From: Podarcis erhardii
Lineage: Eukaryota
Reading direction: 5' to 3' (one strand)
Assembly (NCBI GenBank): GCA_964252035.1
Contig: OZ176203.1
DNA length: 64,000 nucleotides
Below, piece by piece: positions 1 to 10,835 of this stretch. The notes under the pieces were generated by a model. That model was given only the letters and a program-made list of their open reading frames with translations. It searched no databases and was not told the DNA's origin. The number at the start of each line of letters is the position of its first letter. Position 1 is the first letter of the stretch. The position numbers and the translations under genes are program-made.

Positions 1-600
1 AAGGCAAGGAAATGTCCCCATCTTCAAAAAGGGGAAATAAGAAGACCCAGGTAACTACTGACCAGTGAGCTTGACATCTATACTCAGAAAGGTCCTAGAA
101 CAGATAATTCAACAGTTGGTCGGTGAGCACTTAGAAAAGGATGCTGTGATTACTAAGACCCAGCATGAGTTTCTCAAAAACAAATCATGCCAGACAAATC
201 TCATTTCTTTTTTTGATAAAGTTACAAGCTTGGAAAGTCAGGGAAATGCTGTGGACATAGTGTATCTTGATTTCAGTAAGACTTTTGACAAAGTTCCCTA
301 TGATATTCTTGCGAGAAAGCTGGTAAAATGTGGCTTGAACAAGGTAACTGTTAGGTGAATTTGTAGCTGGTTGACTGACTGAACCCAAAGATTGCTCAGT
401 AATGGTTCCTCATCATCCTGGAAAAAAGTGACAAGTGGGGTGCCACAGGGTTCTGACCTGAGTGTATTATTGTTCAACATCTTCTTAAATGTCTTGGATG
501 AAGGAATTGAGGGGATGCTCATCAAATTTGCAGATTACACTGAACTGGGAGGGGTAGCTAATGCTGTAGAAGATGGAATTCAAAATTACCATAACAAGAT
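1..600 (+). mobile_element. CR1 LINE fragment (RT region), degenerate
   Basis: Translates to CR1 ORF2 (KSCQTNLISFFD, VYLDFSKTFDKV, SGVPQGS, IKFAD) with stops. Confidence 0.88.
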
Positions 601-1633
601 TATAAAACTGGGCCCAAACTAACCAGATACTTTACAGTTTCACAGCACGCTCACTCCGTGTCCCTGGTTGCATTGCATAGGATAGGTGGTGCTAAAGCGG
701 GGGGGTGGGGTGTTTGCAACCATCTTTCGGGGGGGGGCTACATTCTCTCAAGGGTAATCTATGAGAAGAGGCAGAGGGAGGGCCGCTTTCACTCCCCTCC
801 CTTCTCTTTATGTATTTTAGCTGGATACAAGGGTATGAAGATTGCTCTGTACTTTTGGGAAGAAATTTGAATGGGGAAAGGTGGCCCTCCATACTTCTTC
901 CAAGAGGGACTTCCAAACATGTTTTTGTACAATGTTGTAGTTTTATAGTCATATGATATGAGGGTCACCTTATGAGGTCTAACCCCAAAATGTATATACA
1001 AATAATAAAACTAGGGGCAGAAAGGAAGAAGTCACGAAGGGCAAGATAGATAGTCAAGCCTAAGAAAGTCCAGAACCTCAAAGAGGTGGGTGTGGAAAAG
1101 AATGGAAAGGAAAAGAGGAGAGGCTCAAGAGTGAGCAACAATTGTTCCAGACTAGATGTGTGCAAAAGTACTAGAATCTATGTCGTAATTATTAGATAAA
1201 CTAAACACATACACAATGTGCAACTAAATCTAAACAGTTTGGGAAACTGCTGAGGGTGGTTTGATGAGCCAACCAGCTAATTCATGCTTCCAAATTCCAA
1301 GATAATAAGATGAATCTCAAAACTTCCTGGAAAAAGACCAGCTGCAAACAGGCTTGTGTATACCTGCCCAATAATCCACTTTGTGCAGAACCTAACTTTA
1401 AATAAGCCCAGCAAATAGTCAACTCTTGCATTATACAAATGCAAGACATAGCAATACTTTAAAATGGTGGGTACAGAGAAATAATAAAAACTGATAGCAG
1501 AAGCAGCAGTCCTTTCTATTGTTTGATCCTGCTGAAATCTTCCCCAAAGGCTATCTGTACCCCTCAGAAGGGTGGCTAGAACAGCAAGCAGTAACTGGCC
1601 ATGCTCTAAAAACCCTGTTTCAGCTTCAAGACT

Positions 1634-1700
1634 AACATTTGGAATACTGTGTCCTGTTCTGGGCGCCACAATTTAAGAAGGATGTTGACAAGCTGTAACG
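1634..1700 (+). mobile_element. Short CR1 ORF2 fragment ([19 protein letters not shown])
   Basis: Motif match; abuts an inverted CR1 fragment. Confidence 0.75.
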
Positions 1701-2745
1701 TGACAACTCTTTAGATATTTGAAGATAGTTATCGTGTCTCCTTTCAGTTTCCTCTTCTCCAGGCTAAACATACCCAGCTCCTTCAACAGTTCCTCATAAG
1801 GCTTAGTCTCCAGACCCTTGATCATCTTGGTTGCCCTCCTCTGCACACGTTGTAGCTTATCAACATCCTTCTTAAAGTGTGTTGTCCAGAACTGTACACA
1901 GTATTCCAGGTTTGGCCAAATAGAGTGGTATTATTGCTTTCCTTGATCTGGATACTATATATCTGTTGATGCAGGCTAGAATAGCATTAGCTTTTTTGCT
2001 GCTGCATCACACTGTTGGCTTGGGTTAACCCCTAGATCCTTTCCGCATGTACTACTGGCAAGCCAGGTGTCCGCGATCTTATATTTGTGCAGCTGGTTCT
2101 TCCTGCTTAAGTGCAGAACCTTACATTTGTCCCTACTGAAATTCACTTGATTAGTTTGGGCCCAGTTCTCCAAGCTGTTAAGGTCTTATTGAATCCTGAT
2201 TCTGTCTTCTGTGGCATTAGCTGCTCCTCCCAGTACAGTGGTGCCCCGCAAGATGAACGCCTCGCAAGACGGAAAGCCCGCTAGACGAAAGGGTTTTCCG
2301 TTTTGGAGGCTCTTCGCTAAACGAATTTCTCTATGGGGTTGCTTCGCAAGACGAAAAAATCTTGCGAGTTCCCGCAGGTTTTTTTCGCTTTTTTCGCCCT
2401 TTTCCTAAGCCGCTAAGTCGCTTAACAGCTGATCCGCTGATAAGCCGCTTCTCAGCTGATCGCTAAAAAATCCGCTAAGCTGTCAATGGGCTTGCTTCGC
2501 AAGACGAAAAAACTGCTAGACGAAGAGAATCGCGGAACGGATTCTTTTTGTCTTGCGAGGCACCACTGTATGGTGTCATTTGCAAATTTGATGAACATCC
2601 CCTCAATTCCATCGTCCAAGTTGTTTATAAAGACATTGAACAACAACTCTGCGGCAATCCACTTACTATCTTTTTCAGGATGACGAGGAACCATTAGTGA
2701 GCACTCTTTGCGTTCAGTCAGTCAGCCAGCTACAAATCCTCCTAA
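1701..2745 (-). mobile_element. CR1 LINE fragment interrupted by a MITE at 2236-2568
   Basis: Minus-strand CR1 ORF2 peptides (FSRDKCKVLHL, LLFNVFINNLDDGIEGMFIKFA) are continuous across the MITE. Confidence 0.85.
2236..2568. mobile_element. Tc1/mariner-pogo-type MITE (CAGTGGTGCC TIRs, TA TSD)
   Basis: TA 2234-35 and 2569-70 flank the TIRs; internal TTAGCG-type repeats (reverse orientation). Confidence 0.9.
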
Positions 2746-4686
2746 TAGGAAAGCAGTAAATAGCAATAAAGAGGTGGAGAGATCAGGTAGCAGAAAGGAG
2801 AAGGTCATTGTTGTTCACTGAAGTGATCTCAGAAGTGGGTTAGTAGAATCCAGATGTTGAAGCCTTTTTGAAGCCAAGGGGCTAGCTAGAGAGACGATGG
2901 CTGCTTCCAGGAGAGGAAGGTTGCCTGGAAAATGTTCTAAACTGGAAGTATTGCTGTTTGAACTCTGCCTCAAAAAGCAGAGGAGTAAACGAAGGAGCAC
3001 TTGTGCTTGTTTTGTTTGTTGTAAATGCCAGGCGTGGGGGAGGGTGGTTGCTCAATCCAGAGCTGGAAAAATTCCAAGACCAGGAAAATTCTGTGTTGAT
3101 GCCTAAGAACTTTTGGAACTTTTTCCATCCTTGACAGAGCAAACTCGAGAAACATTCTATTCCGCCTGCCACTTGAGAATGGGATGTCATCCCTGCCCCT
3201 CCCCTGGCTGAACACAAATTTGAGTGTGTGGAGGGGGATTTGATGTGTGGTGGAAGGTGGAAGTTGAGGTACTCAGAAAAAGGGGTTTACTTCTAAGCAT
3301 GATGACCTCAGTGGTTCCAAACATTTAGCTCGTTGCCAGCGTTCTTCATTCTCATAGTATACCCATTGAAATTAATGGATGTGACTTATTCTGCTTAACG
3401 GGGACTTCCTGAATAGACATGGTGAGGCTTGCACTGTAACCATTCATTTCTTTGGGTCTCCTCTGACAAAAACTAGTGTTGGATGCAACTCCATTGTCTC
3501 AATTTTTGTTTGTTTGTTTGTTTTTTGTATCACGCTTTATGATCCATGGGTGGTGTGATTACTTTTTTAGGTTACATTTTATAGCCTACCCAGTGCCAGA
3601 GGGCTTAATTAACTCAGGTAAATCTGATTGTAATGCCTTAAACCAAAAGCAAATGAAAACCTTCCATCTCAGCATAGTTTTATTAAAAAATATATCAATC
3701 AGTCTCATCAAGCGTGACCTTTATAGTGAGGACTCTTTGATTTCATCATTCCAACTGCTTGCTTCAGAAATGCAATGCAAATTTAAATCATATGGCATGC
3801 CATTCTTCCATCTAAGAGTTCATCTTGAGAACATGAGGGCTGCTGCTATCATGATTAAATATTGCCACATTCCTGAGTGGGATGTGGCCTTGGAGAATCT
3901 CAAGTCAGAAATGAGGTCACCCAGTGCCAGAATACAGGAGCAGCATTTGTCATCTCAGAGCATCGGTACAATGCTTGACCTTTTAGGAACACTGAATATG
4001 TGACATTATTCCTACACAGAAATAGTTAACTGTACTGTCCAAAGTGTTGTGGTAGCCACTTTCCCAACTTTTGCCCTGCCCTTTGACACCTGAGGTGTAT
4101 GTTTTAAAGACCCACTCCACTTTTTTTATTGCAAATTGATTTTAATGTTGCCATGGGACCTTATGGTGAAAGTCAAGTAATAAATCTAAATCATCGTTAT
4201 CATCTACCCTGGGGCTCCCCGAAGAGCTGGTTGACGAGCTGAAGGTAAATGAGGAGAAGCCCAGGTCGGGGGAAGAACACCAGCAGGTCCTGTGGATATC
4301 ACAAATGGCCTGAGAACATTTTGCTGTTACATTGTTTTGTGTTTTGTTTTATTCTTTTGTTTCCATATTTTAAATTCTAAGCTGACTGAAAAGCAGTACA
4401 GACAACTCCCAGTTTCTGCGGGGGTTATTTTCTGTGTCATTGTGCCCAATGGTGGAGTGCACATAAGTCCATTCCACCCCCTTTTCCGGCCACTCACAGG
4501 TTGCCACAATGAGTGTGTGCATGGTTGTGCATTGATTGCACCCATGTAAATCGGTTGTCGCCTGTATATGGTGGTCAGTGAGAGTTTGCACCTGTGCCAG
4601 TCAGACTACTCTGAGAACTGTAGGAAGTGGTGTCGTCAAGGTCTGGAATGTTAACAGGTAAATCAAGTTAAACTGGGTGTGTGATG

Positions 4687-5430
4687 AGAAGTCCCACGAG
4701 TCTTTGTGGCAAGCTGACCAGGGCAGACTCCTCAGTGCCTTATGTAATTATTTAGTGCATGCATGCCACAAAGACTCATGGGGCTTCTGAGTTGTGGGTC
4801 TGAGTTAAGATACATTGGCCTCTGCCCGTAAGACACTGGGTGAAACTGCCCCAGCTTTCACTTCAAGGGCTGAGGAGGTTTCACCCAGGCGTTTGCAGGC
4901 TCGGACAATGCAGCCTGTTTGTGCCACTCATCTGGGGATCGGGAAGGTTCCCTCTTCCCAGCTGAGACAGCCCCAGTGCTCTCACCGCTCACGTATGAGT
5001 GGATGGAGCATCTGGGCTCCTTTAACTGCTCGCTGCGAGGAGTGACAACTGCGCTTCCCTCAACTAAGCAGTTTCACAGAGCACCCACTTTGCTGCCAGC
5101 TTGTGGGAGCTGGAGCTGGGTTGGGGGCTCCTATAACAGCTCAACTGAGGCAAGGACAGCTGCACATTCCTTACTCAAGCAGTTTAAAGATGCAGAGGGA
5201 GGAACAAGCTGTATTGGCACCTTGCCAAAACAGCTTGTTTCTTCCTCTGTGACGTATGAAGACAGGGTGGAATGGCGATTTTCATTCAGCAGTGTATCCT
5301 TGGTGAAACTGCCACAGCTCCAGAGTCCCTCTGCTAGCAGCGCCCACTGGAGGAAGGAACTCTTCACTCCCCCCAGTGGACGCTGCTAGTGGAGGGACTC
5401 GGGAGCGGCAGCGATACACTGCTGAATGAA
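4687..5430 (+). ncRNA. Cluster of long stem-loops; candidate structured RNA / miRNA-like hairpins (unassigned)
   Basis: Arms 4687-4711/4764-4788 (23/25), 4836-4846/4878-4888 (11/11), 5192-5250 hairpin, 5281-5298/5413-5430 (18/18), 5323-5350/5373-5400 (25/28). The structure is seen directly; the RNA identity is inference. Confidence 0.35.
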
Positions 5431-5968
5431 GCCAACATTGCGGTCTGCTCCTCATACCGGTCCTGGGCGATATATAGATATTTTGGCAGGCCTAGTCTGA
5501 GCATTGGACAGACCTCCTTTAAAAGGAGGGGGACAGTTGCTTGGATAGACCTGAGCAGAAACAGGACTGGTGTGTTTGCGAGGGGAGCAGCCTTCAGCAT
5601 TTGTCCCAGGCGCTTTGTACCTGCATTAGCCTGGCTTGCTATTCAAGTTGGATAGGGGTACAGCCAATGCAGCTGATGTTGCACTGAAAAACTGTGCATT
5701 TGAGTGGCTAAGCTTACAGTTCCACCTGCAATTCAGCAGCTGCTGTTTGTTTGTGAAAGACTGAAAGTATGACATTGAGTGGGGTGGGGGGGAACACAAT
5801 GAGAAAGATGGACACTGCTCCCTTTTACTCCCTGAATGTTCTTCTTGGGACTACTTTTGATGTAATGTTGGTCTTCAGAAAATAGATGAAAATAAAACCT
5901 ACCTCCTTTATCCCTGTTCTTTATCTGATTAGCTCAGAATTTTGACCTTGTCTCCTTCCTGTTCCCCT

Positions 5969-6088
5969 CATGGGTGTAGCCAGGAGGGGCAGCTGCCCCC
6001 CCAATAAGTAAAAATCAATACAAAACTGAGGTTCTTCCCCCCCCTAACAAAAGCGTGCCCCCTAACAACAATCCTGGCAAGACCCATG
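5969..6088. mobile_element. Small TIR element (CATGGGTGTAGCCAGGA...TCCTGGCAAGACCCATG)
   Basis: Imperfect 17-bp terminal inverted repeats; family not assigned. Confidence 0.55.
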
Positions 6089-7213
6089 CCCCTCCTCCTA
6101 CCAGCAGAAAGGTAGCTATTTAAATGTGTGGTTTTTTTGCAAATAGAACATGTTTTATTTATAATTTATACAAAATACAGTTACATAAAATGATAGGAAC
6201 ATAATGAAATATTGTTGAAGCAAAAAAACCAAACAAACAAAAAACCAGAATCATGGAGCTGGAAGGGACCCCAATAGTCATCTTTCAAGTGCAACCCCTT
6301 GAAATGTAGGAAAATCAGCTAAAGCATCCATGACAGAGACCTGCTTAGAGACCAAGGGAGGAGAGTCCAGTACCTCCCGAGGGAGATCCATCTTCCATGT
6401 GTAATAAAAAGTAAGCAACACTTATTGGACCGCAGTTATTTGACACAGAGGGGGAAACCTACGGATACAGTCCAAAAGGCGCACAGGGAGTTCTGTATAT
6501 ATGGGAGAATTTTAAAAAGCATGTGGTCCTCACTGATGATGCAAAAAGATATTGTCATCTGGAGGAGCCCTGGTTGCCTACATAAAACACTATAGCTCCC
6601 CTGCCCTGTTGTTGTTCTTGAGTCGTGTCCAAATCTTTGTGACCCCATGGACCAGAGCACACCAGGCACTCCTGTCTTCAACTGCCTCCCACAGTTTGGT
6701 CAAACTCATGTTCGTAGCTTCGAGAACACTGTCCAACCATCTCGTCCTCTGTCATCCCCTTCTCCTTGTGCCCTCCATCTTTCCTAACATCAGGGTCTTT
6801 TTGAGGGAGTCTTCTCTTCTCATGAGGTGGCCTAAGTATTGGAGTCTCAGCTTCACGATCTGTCCTTCCAGTGAGCACTCAGGGCTGATTTCCTTAAGAA
6901 TGGAGAGGTTTGATCTTCTTGCAGTCCATGGGACTCTCAAGAGTCTCCTCCAACACCAGAATTCAAAAGCATCAATTCTTCGGCAATCAGCCTTCTTTAT
7001 GGTCCAGCTCTCACTTCCATACATCACTACTGGGAAAACCATACCTTTAACTATACGGACCTTTGTCAGCAAGGTGATGTCTCTGCTTTTTAAGATGCTG
7101 TTTAGGTTTGTCATCACTTTTCTCCCAAGAAGCAGGCTTCTTTTAATTTCATGACTGCTGTCATCATCTGCAGTGATCGTGGAATCCAAGAAAGTAAAAT
7201 TTCTCACTGCCTC

Positions 7214-7843
7214 ATAGAATCATAGAATCATAGAGTTGGAAGAGACCACAAGGTCCATCGAGTCCAACCCCCTGCCAAGCAGGAAACACCATCAGAGCAC
7301 TCCTGACATATGGTTGTCAAGCCTCTGCTTAAAGACCTCCAAAGAAGGAGACTCCACCACACTCCTTGGCAGCAAATTCCACTGTCGAACAGCTCTTACT
7401 GTCAGGAAGTTCTTCCTAATGTTTTGGTGGAATCTTCTTTCTTGTAGTTTGGAACCATTGCTCCGTGTCCGCTGCTCTGGAGCAGCAGAAAACAACCTTT
7501 CTCCCTCCTCTATGTGACATCCTTTTATATATTTGAACATGGCTATCATATCACCCCTTAACCTCCTCTTCTCCAGGCTAAACATGCCCAGCTCCCTTAG
7601 CCGTTCCTCATAAGGCATCGTTTCCAGGCGTTTGACCATTTTGGTTGCCCTCCTCTGGACACGTTCCAGTTTGTCAGTGTCCTTCTTGAACTGTGGTGCC
7701 CAGAACTGGACACAGTACTCCAGGTGAGGTCTGACCAGAGCAGAATACAGTGGCACTATTACTTCCCTTGCTCTAGATGCTATACTCCTATTGATGCAGC
7801 CCAGAATTGCATTGGCTTTTTTAGCTGCCGCGTCACACTGTTG
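7214..7843 (-). mobile_element. Young 5'-truncated CR1 inserted in BovB
   Basis: Open ORF2 C-terminus 7292-7756, CATAGAAT-repeat tail at 7213-7229, TGCCTC on both sides (7208-13, 7842-47). Confidence 0.92.
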
Positions 7844-8131
7844 CCTCCACTTCTTCCCCTTCTATTTGCCGGGAGGTGATGGGCCCAGTGTCCATGATCT
7901 TCGTTTTTTTTGATGTTGAGCTTCAGACCATATTTTGCGCTCTCCTCTTTCACCCTCATTAAAAGGTTCTTTAATTCCTCCTCACTTTCTGCCATCAAAG
8001 TTGTGTCATCTGCATATCTGAGGTTGTTGATATTTCTTCCAGCAATCTTCCAGCTTGGGATTCATCCAGTCCAGCCTTTCGCATGATGAAATATAAGTTA
8101 AATAAGCAGGGAGACAATATACAGCCTTGTC

Positions 8132-8267
8132 TAGGCTTCCTCAACCTTGGCTCTCCAGATGTTTTTGGCCTACAACTCCCATGATCCCTAGCTAGCAGGA
8201 CCAGTGGTCAGGAATGATGGGAATTGTAATCTCAAAAAATCTGAAGGCCCGAGGTTGAGGAAGCCTG
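8132..8267. mobile_element. 136-bp hAT-type palindromic MITE inside BovB
   Basis: TIRs AGGCTTCCTCAACCT / AGGTTGAGGAAGCCT; core GGCCTACAACTCCCATG...GATGGGAATTGTA; 8-bp TSD degenerate. Confidence 0.8.
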
Positions 8268-8465
8268 ACCCTGTTGTACTCCTTTCCCAATTTTGAACCA
8301 ATTAGTTGTTCCATATCCAGTTCTAACTGCAGCTTCTTGTCCCACTTAGAGATTTCTCAGGAGACAGATGAGGTGATCAGGCACTTCCATTTCTTTAAGG
8401 ACTTGCCATAGTTTGCTGTGGTCAACACAGTCAAAGGCTTTTGCATAGTCAATGAAGCAGAAGTA

Positions 8466-8817
8466 CAGTGGTGCCTCGCAAGACGAAATTAATCCGTTCC
8501 GTGAGGCTCTTCGTATAGCGGTTTTTTCGTCTTGCGAAGCAAGCCCATTGACAGCTTAGCGGATTAGCGCTATTAGCGGTTTAGCGGCTTTTAGCGATCA
8601 GCTGTTAAGCGGCTTATCAGCGGATCAGCAGATAAGCGGCTTAGCGGCTTAGGAAAAGGGGGGGGAAAGGGGGGAAAAACCCGCAGGAACTCGCAAGACA
8701 TTTCGTCTTGCGAAGCAAGCCCATAGGGAAATTCGTTTTGCGAAGCGCCTCCAAAACGGAAAACCCTTTTGTCTAGCGGGTTTTCCGTCTTGCGAGGCGT
8801 CTTGCGGGGCACCACTG
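8466..8817. mobile_element. Tc1/mariner-pogo-type MITE inside BovB
   Basis: TA TSD 8464-65 / 8818-19; near-identical to the copy at 23486-23841. Confidence 0.9.
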
Positions 8818-9559
8818 TAAATGTTTTTCTGGAACTCTCTAGCTTTCTCTACAATCCAGCACATGTTTGCAATTTGGTCTCTGGTTCCTCTGCCTCTTTG
8901 AAATCTAGCTTGCACTTCTGGGAGTAAGGCCCACTCAACTCAGTGTGACTTTCTTCTGAATAGACAGTTATTTACTAGATGAAGTCAGCAGCACCAGACA
9001 ACCACACTCGACTAGGTGCTAGAGTGGATTTCACCCCACGTCTTGCAATGCCAGGCCGATGCTGCCTTCGGATCCTGCACCCCTCGGCAACATCCGAAGG
9101 CCCTGATCCACTAGGTGCTGAGGTGGATTGCATCCTGCGCCTTGCAGAGTCAGGCCCAGGCTGCCACCGGGCCCAGCACTGGCAGCAGCAACAAGCAGCT
9201 GTGGCTCTCCTAGCCCAACCCATTGCCACCCCACCATTGCACTTACCGGACATGGGGGTCCTAGATTGTGGGCTCTACTGGTCAAACCAGGAGCCTCAGT
9301 GATCGCCTTTTTCCTCCAGAAACTGCTCCAAGAAAACGCCTGGCTGCGCCCTTACAAGCTTGTGATTGGCCAAGCGGATAGCCAGCCAATCAGGATTTTT
9401 TGTTAAAAAAATGTTTTTTCCCCTTCACTTCTTCTCTGGCCCCCTAGCCACATTTACGTATTTTTCACCTGTGTCCCCCTTGGAATATCCTGCCCCCCCC
9501 CAGGGGGCCATATGGCCCGTGGTTGGGAAACACTGATATACATTATGTCCTCCCACCTT

Positions 9560-9705
9560 TGTTGTCATAGCAAACTTGAGGCACAGGTTAGTTAGACTGA
9601 GATAGTAATTGACCAAACTTACCTACTAAGCTTCATAACTGTGTGGGGATTTAAATCTCACTGTCCTCGGTCGAAGGCCAGTCCTCTGCCTACCATATGA
9701 CACTG
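9560..9705 (-). mobile_element. Old tRNA/CORE-type (MIR-like) SINE remnant
   Basis: Reverse tRNA-like head and CORE-like segment; diverged, boundaries approximate. Confidence 0.45.
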
Positions 9706-9762
9706 GCTGTCTTCAAACTGGCACTCATATTTGCTGTCTTCAAACTGGCACTCATATTTGCT
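9706..9762. repeat. Perfect 27-bp tandem duplication GCTGTCTTCAAACTGGCACTCATATTT
   Basis: Copies at 9706-9732 and 9733-9759. Confidence 0.95.
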
Positions 9763-10835
9763 CATAGCCTTGAGCAGGAAACATTTGTACTGGCCCTGAG
9801 CATTTCTTTTTTTAAATAATAAGATTTTTTATGCTATTCTCTAAGGAGCTCATAGTGGTATACTACAACATTCTGTTCTTCCAGTCTCTCCATAAAAGGC
9901 TATTAACATGTCTTCATTCATTCCAGGGTATATTATCATGTCAGGGTCATCGTATCTCTATGCTAAGATGAACGAAACACATTGCTCTCCTCAAATACTT
10001 CTGGCCTGTGAATGCCACAAGGTGGGAAGGAACAATGTGAGGTTGAAATGGAGCCCCCTCCTCAGCTCAAATGGCTTGTACAGAAGGATTCCCTCCGACA
10101 TCTTTGGTCACGAAACCAAACTGCAGATAGTTTTTCCAAAGAGAAGGGGGTGGGATTTCTGGTTGTGCAACAGACAAGTTAAGCCAGAAAATTGGTTCCC
10201 TTTGCCTCCTGATGGGGCCTCCTTCTAAGGAGGCCCAACTCAATCGTTGCTGGCTGACAGTAACTAAAGAAGTTTGCAAAACCTTGAGCTGTAACCTGTA
10301 AGTGTTACTTTGTCAAGTAGATTGTGGATTGCTTGATAGGATCCTGCTTTTTCTGTTAAACTAAATTTTTGGTTTCTCACATTTCCAAACTCCTTTTCAG
10401 AGAGAGATGTTTGTAGTATTTCAGTGTTCTTATTTCTTTGTGCTGCTTCATTTAGCTGCCAACCTCAGTGTTGTTAAAGAAAAAATTATGGGAGTACGGG
10501 CTTTACGCCGCTTCCCCCAGGGTTCCCTCCGGTCAGCAAAAGGAGGAGACTGCAGCCAAGTTGAAGAAGCAAAACAGCGGTCAGTAGACCTGATCTTTAT
10601 TTGTTGCAACAAAGGTTCAAACAAAAAAAGAGAAACAACCCCGTGCAAGGAGTTGCAAGAGATTTTAAAACCTTCCCGCTTTCCCATGAAACATCACTCA
10701 TAATCATCATCAAAATGTTACAAAACCAGCAGAAAAGAGGAGTGGTTGCCAGGCAGAAACATGAAACTGGTTGCTACCCCTGTTAATCAAGTAAGTTCCC
10801 AACACCTTCCAGCTACCTCTTCCCAAAGAACAATA

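Larger units (their letters stand above)
6608..8921 (-). mobile_element. BovB/RTE LINE 3' portion, split by three later insertions
   Basis: Minus-strand RTE ORF (SHEIKRSLLLGRKVMTNL, YGSESWTIKKAD.RRIDAFE.WCWRRLL) and (CAA)n-type tail at ~6608. Colinear pieces 6608-7213, 7844-8131, 8268-8465, 8818-8921. Confidence 0.9.

Noticed and set aside
2790-2860. LRRC51-like 'SLQxNNNDL' on the minus strand
   Set aside because: Needs a frameshift, has wrong spacing to the DLSF motif, and lacks supporting splice sites; no other LRRC51 exon was found.
3850-3960. Minus-strand peptide resembling a GPI-anchor signal (…SHSGMWQYLIMIAAALMFSR*)
   Set aside because: An in-frame stop lies just upstream and there is no pyrimidine-rich acceptor.
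8575-8655. TTAGCGG arrays as telomeric or CRISPR-like repeats
   Set aside because: Internal to MITEs; not TTAGGG; no repeat-spacer architecture; eukaryotic context.
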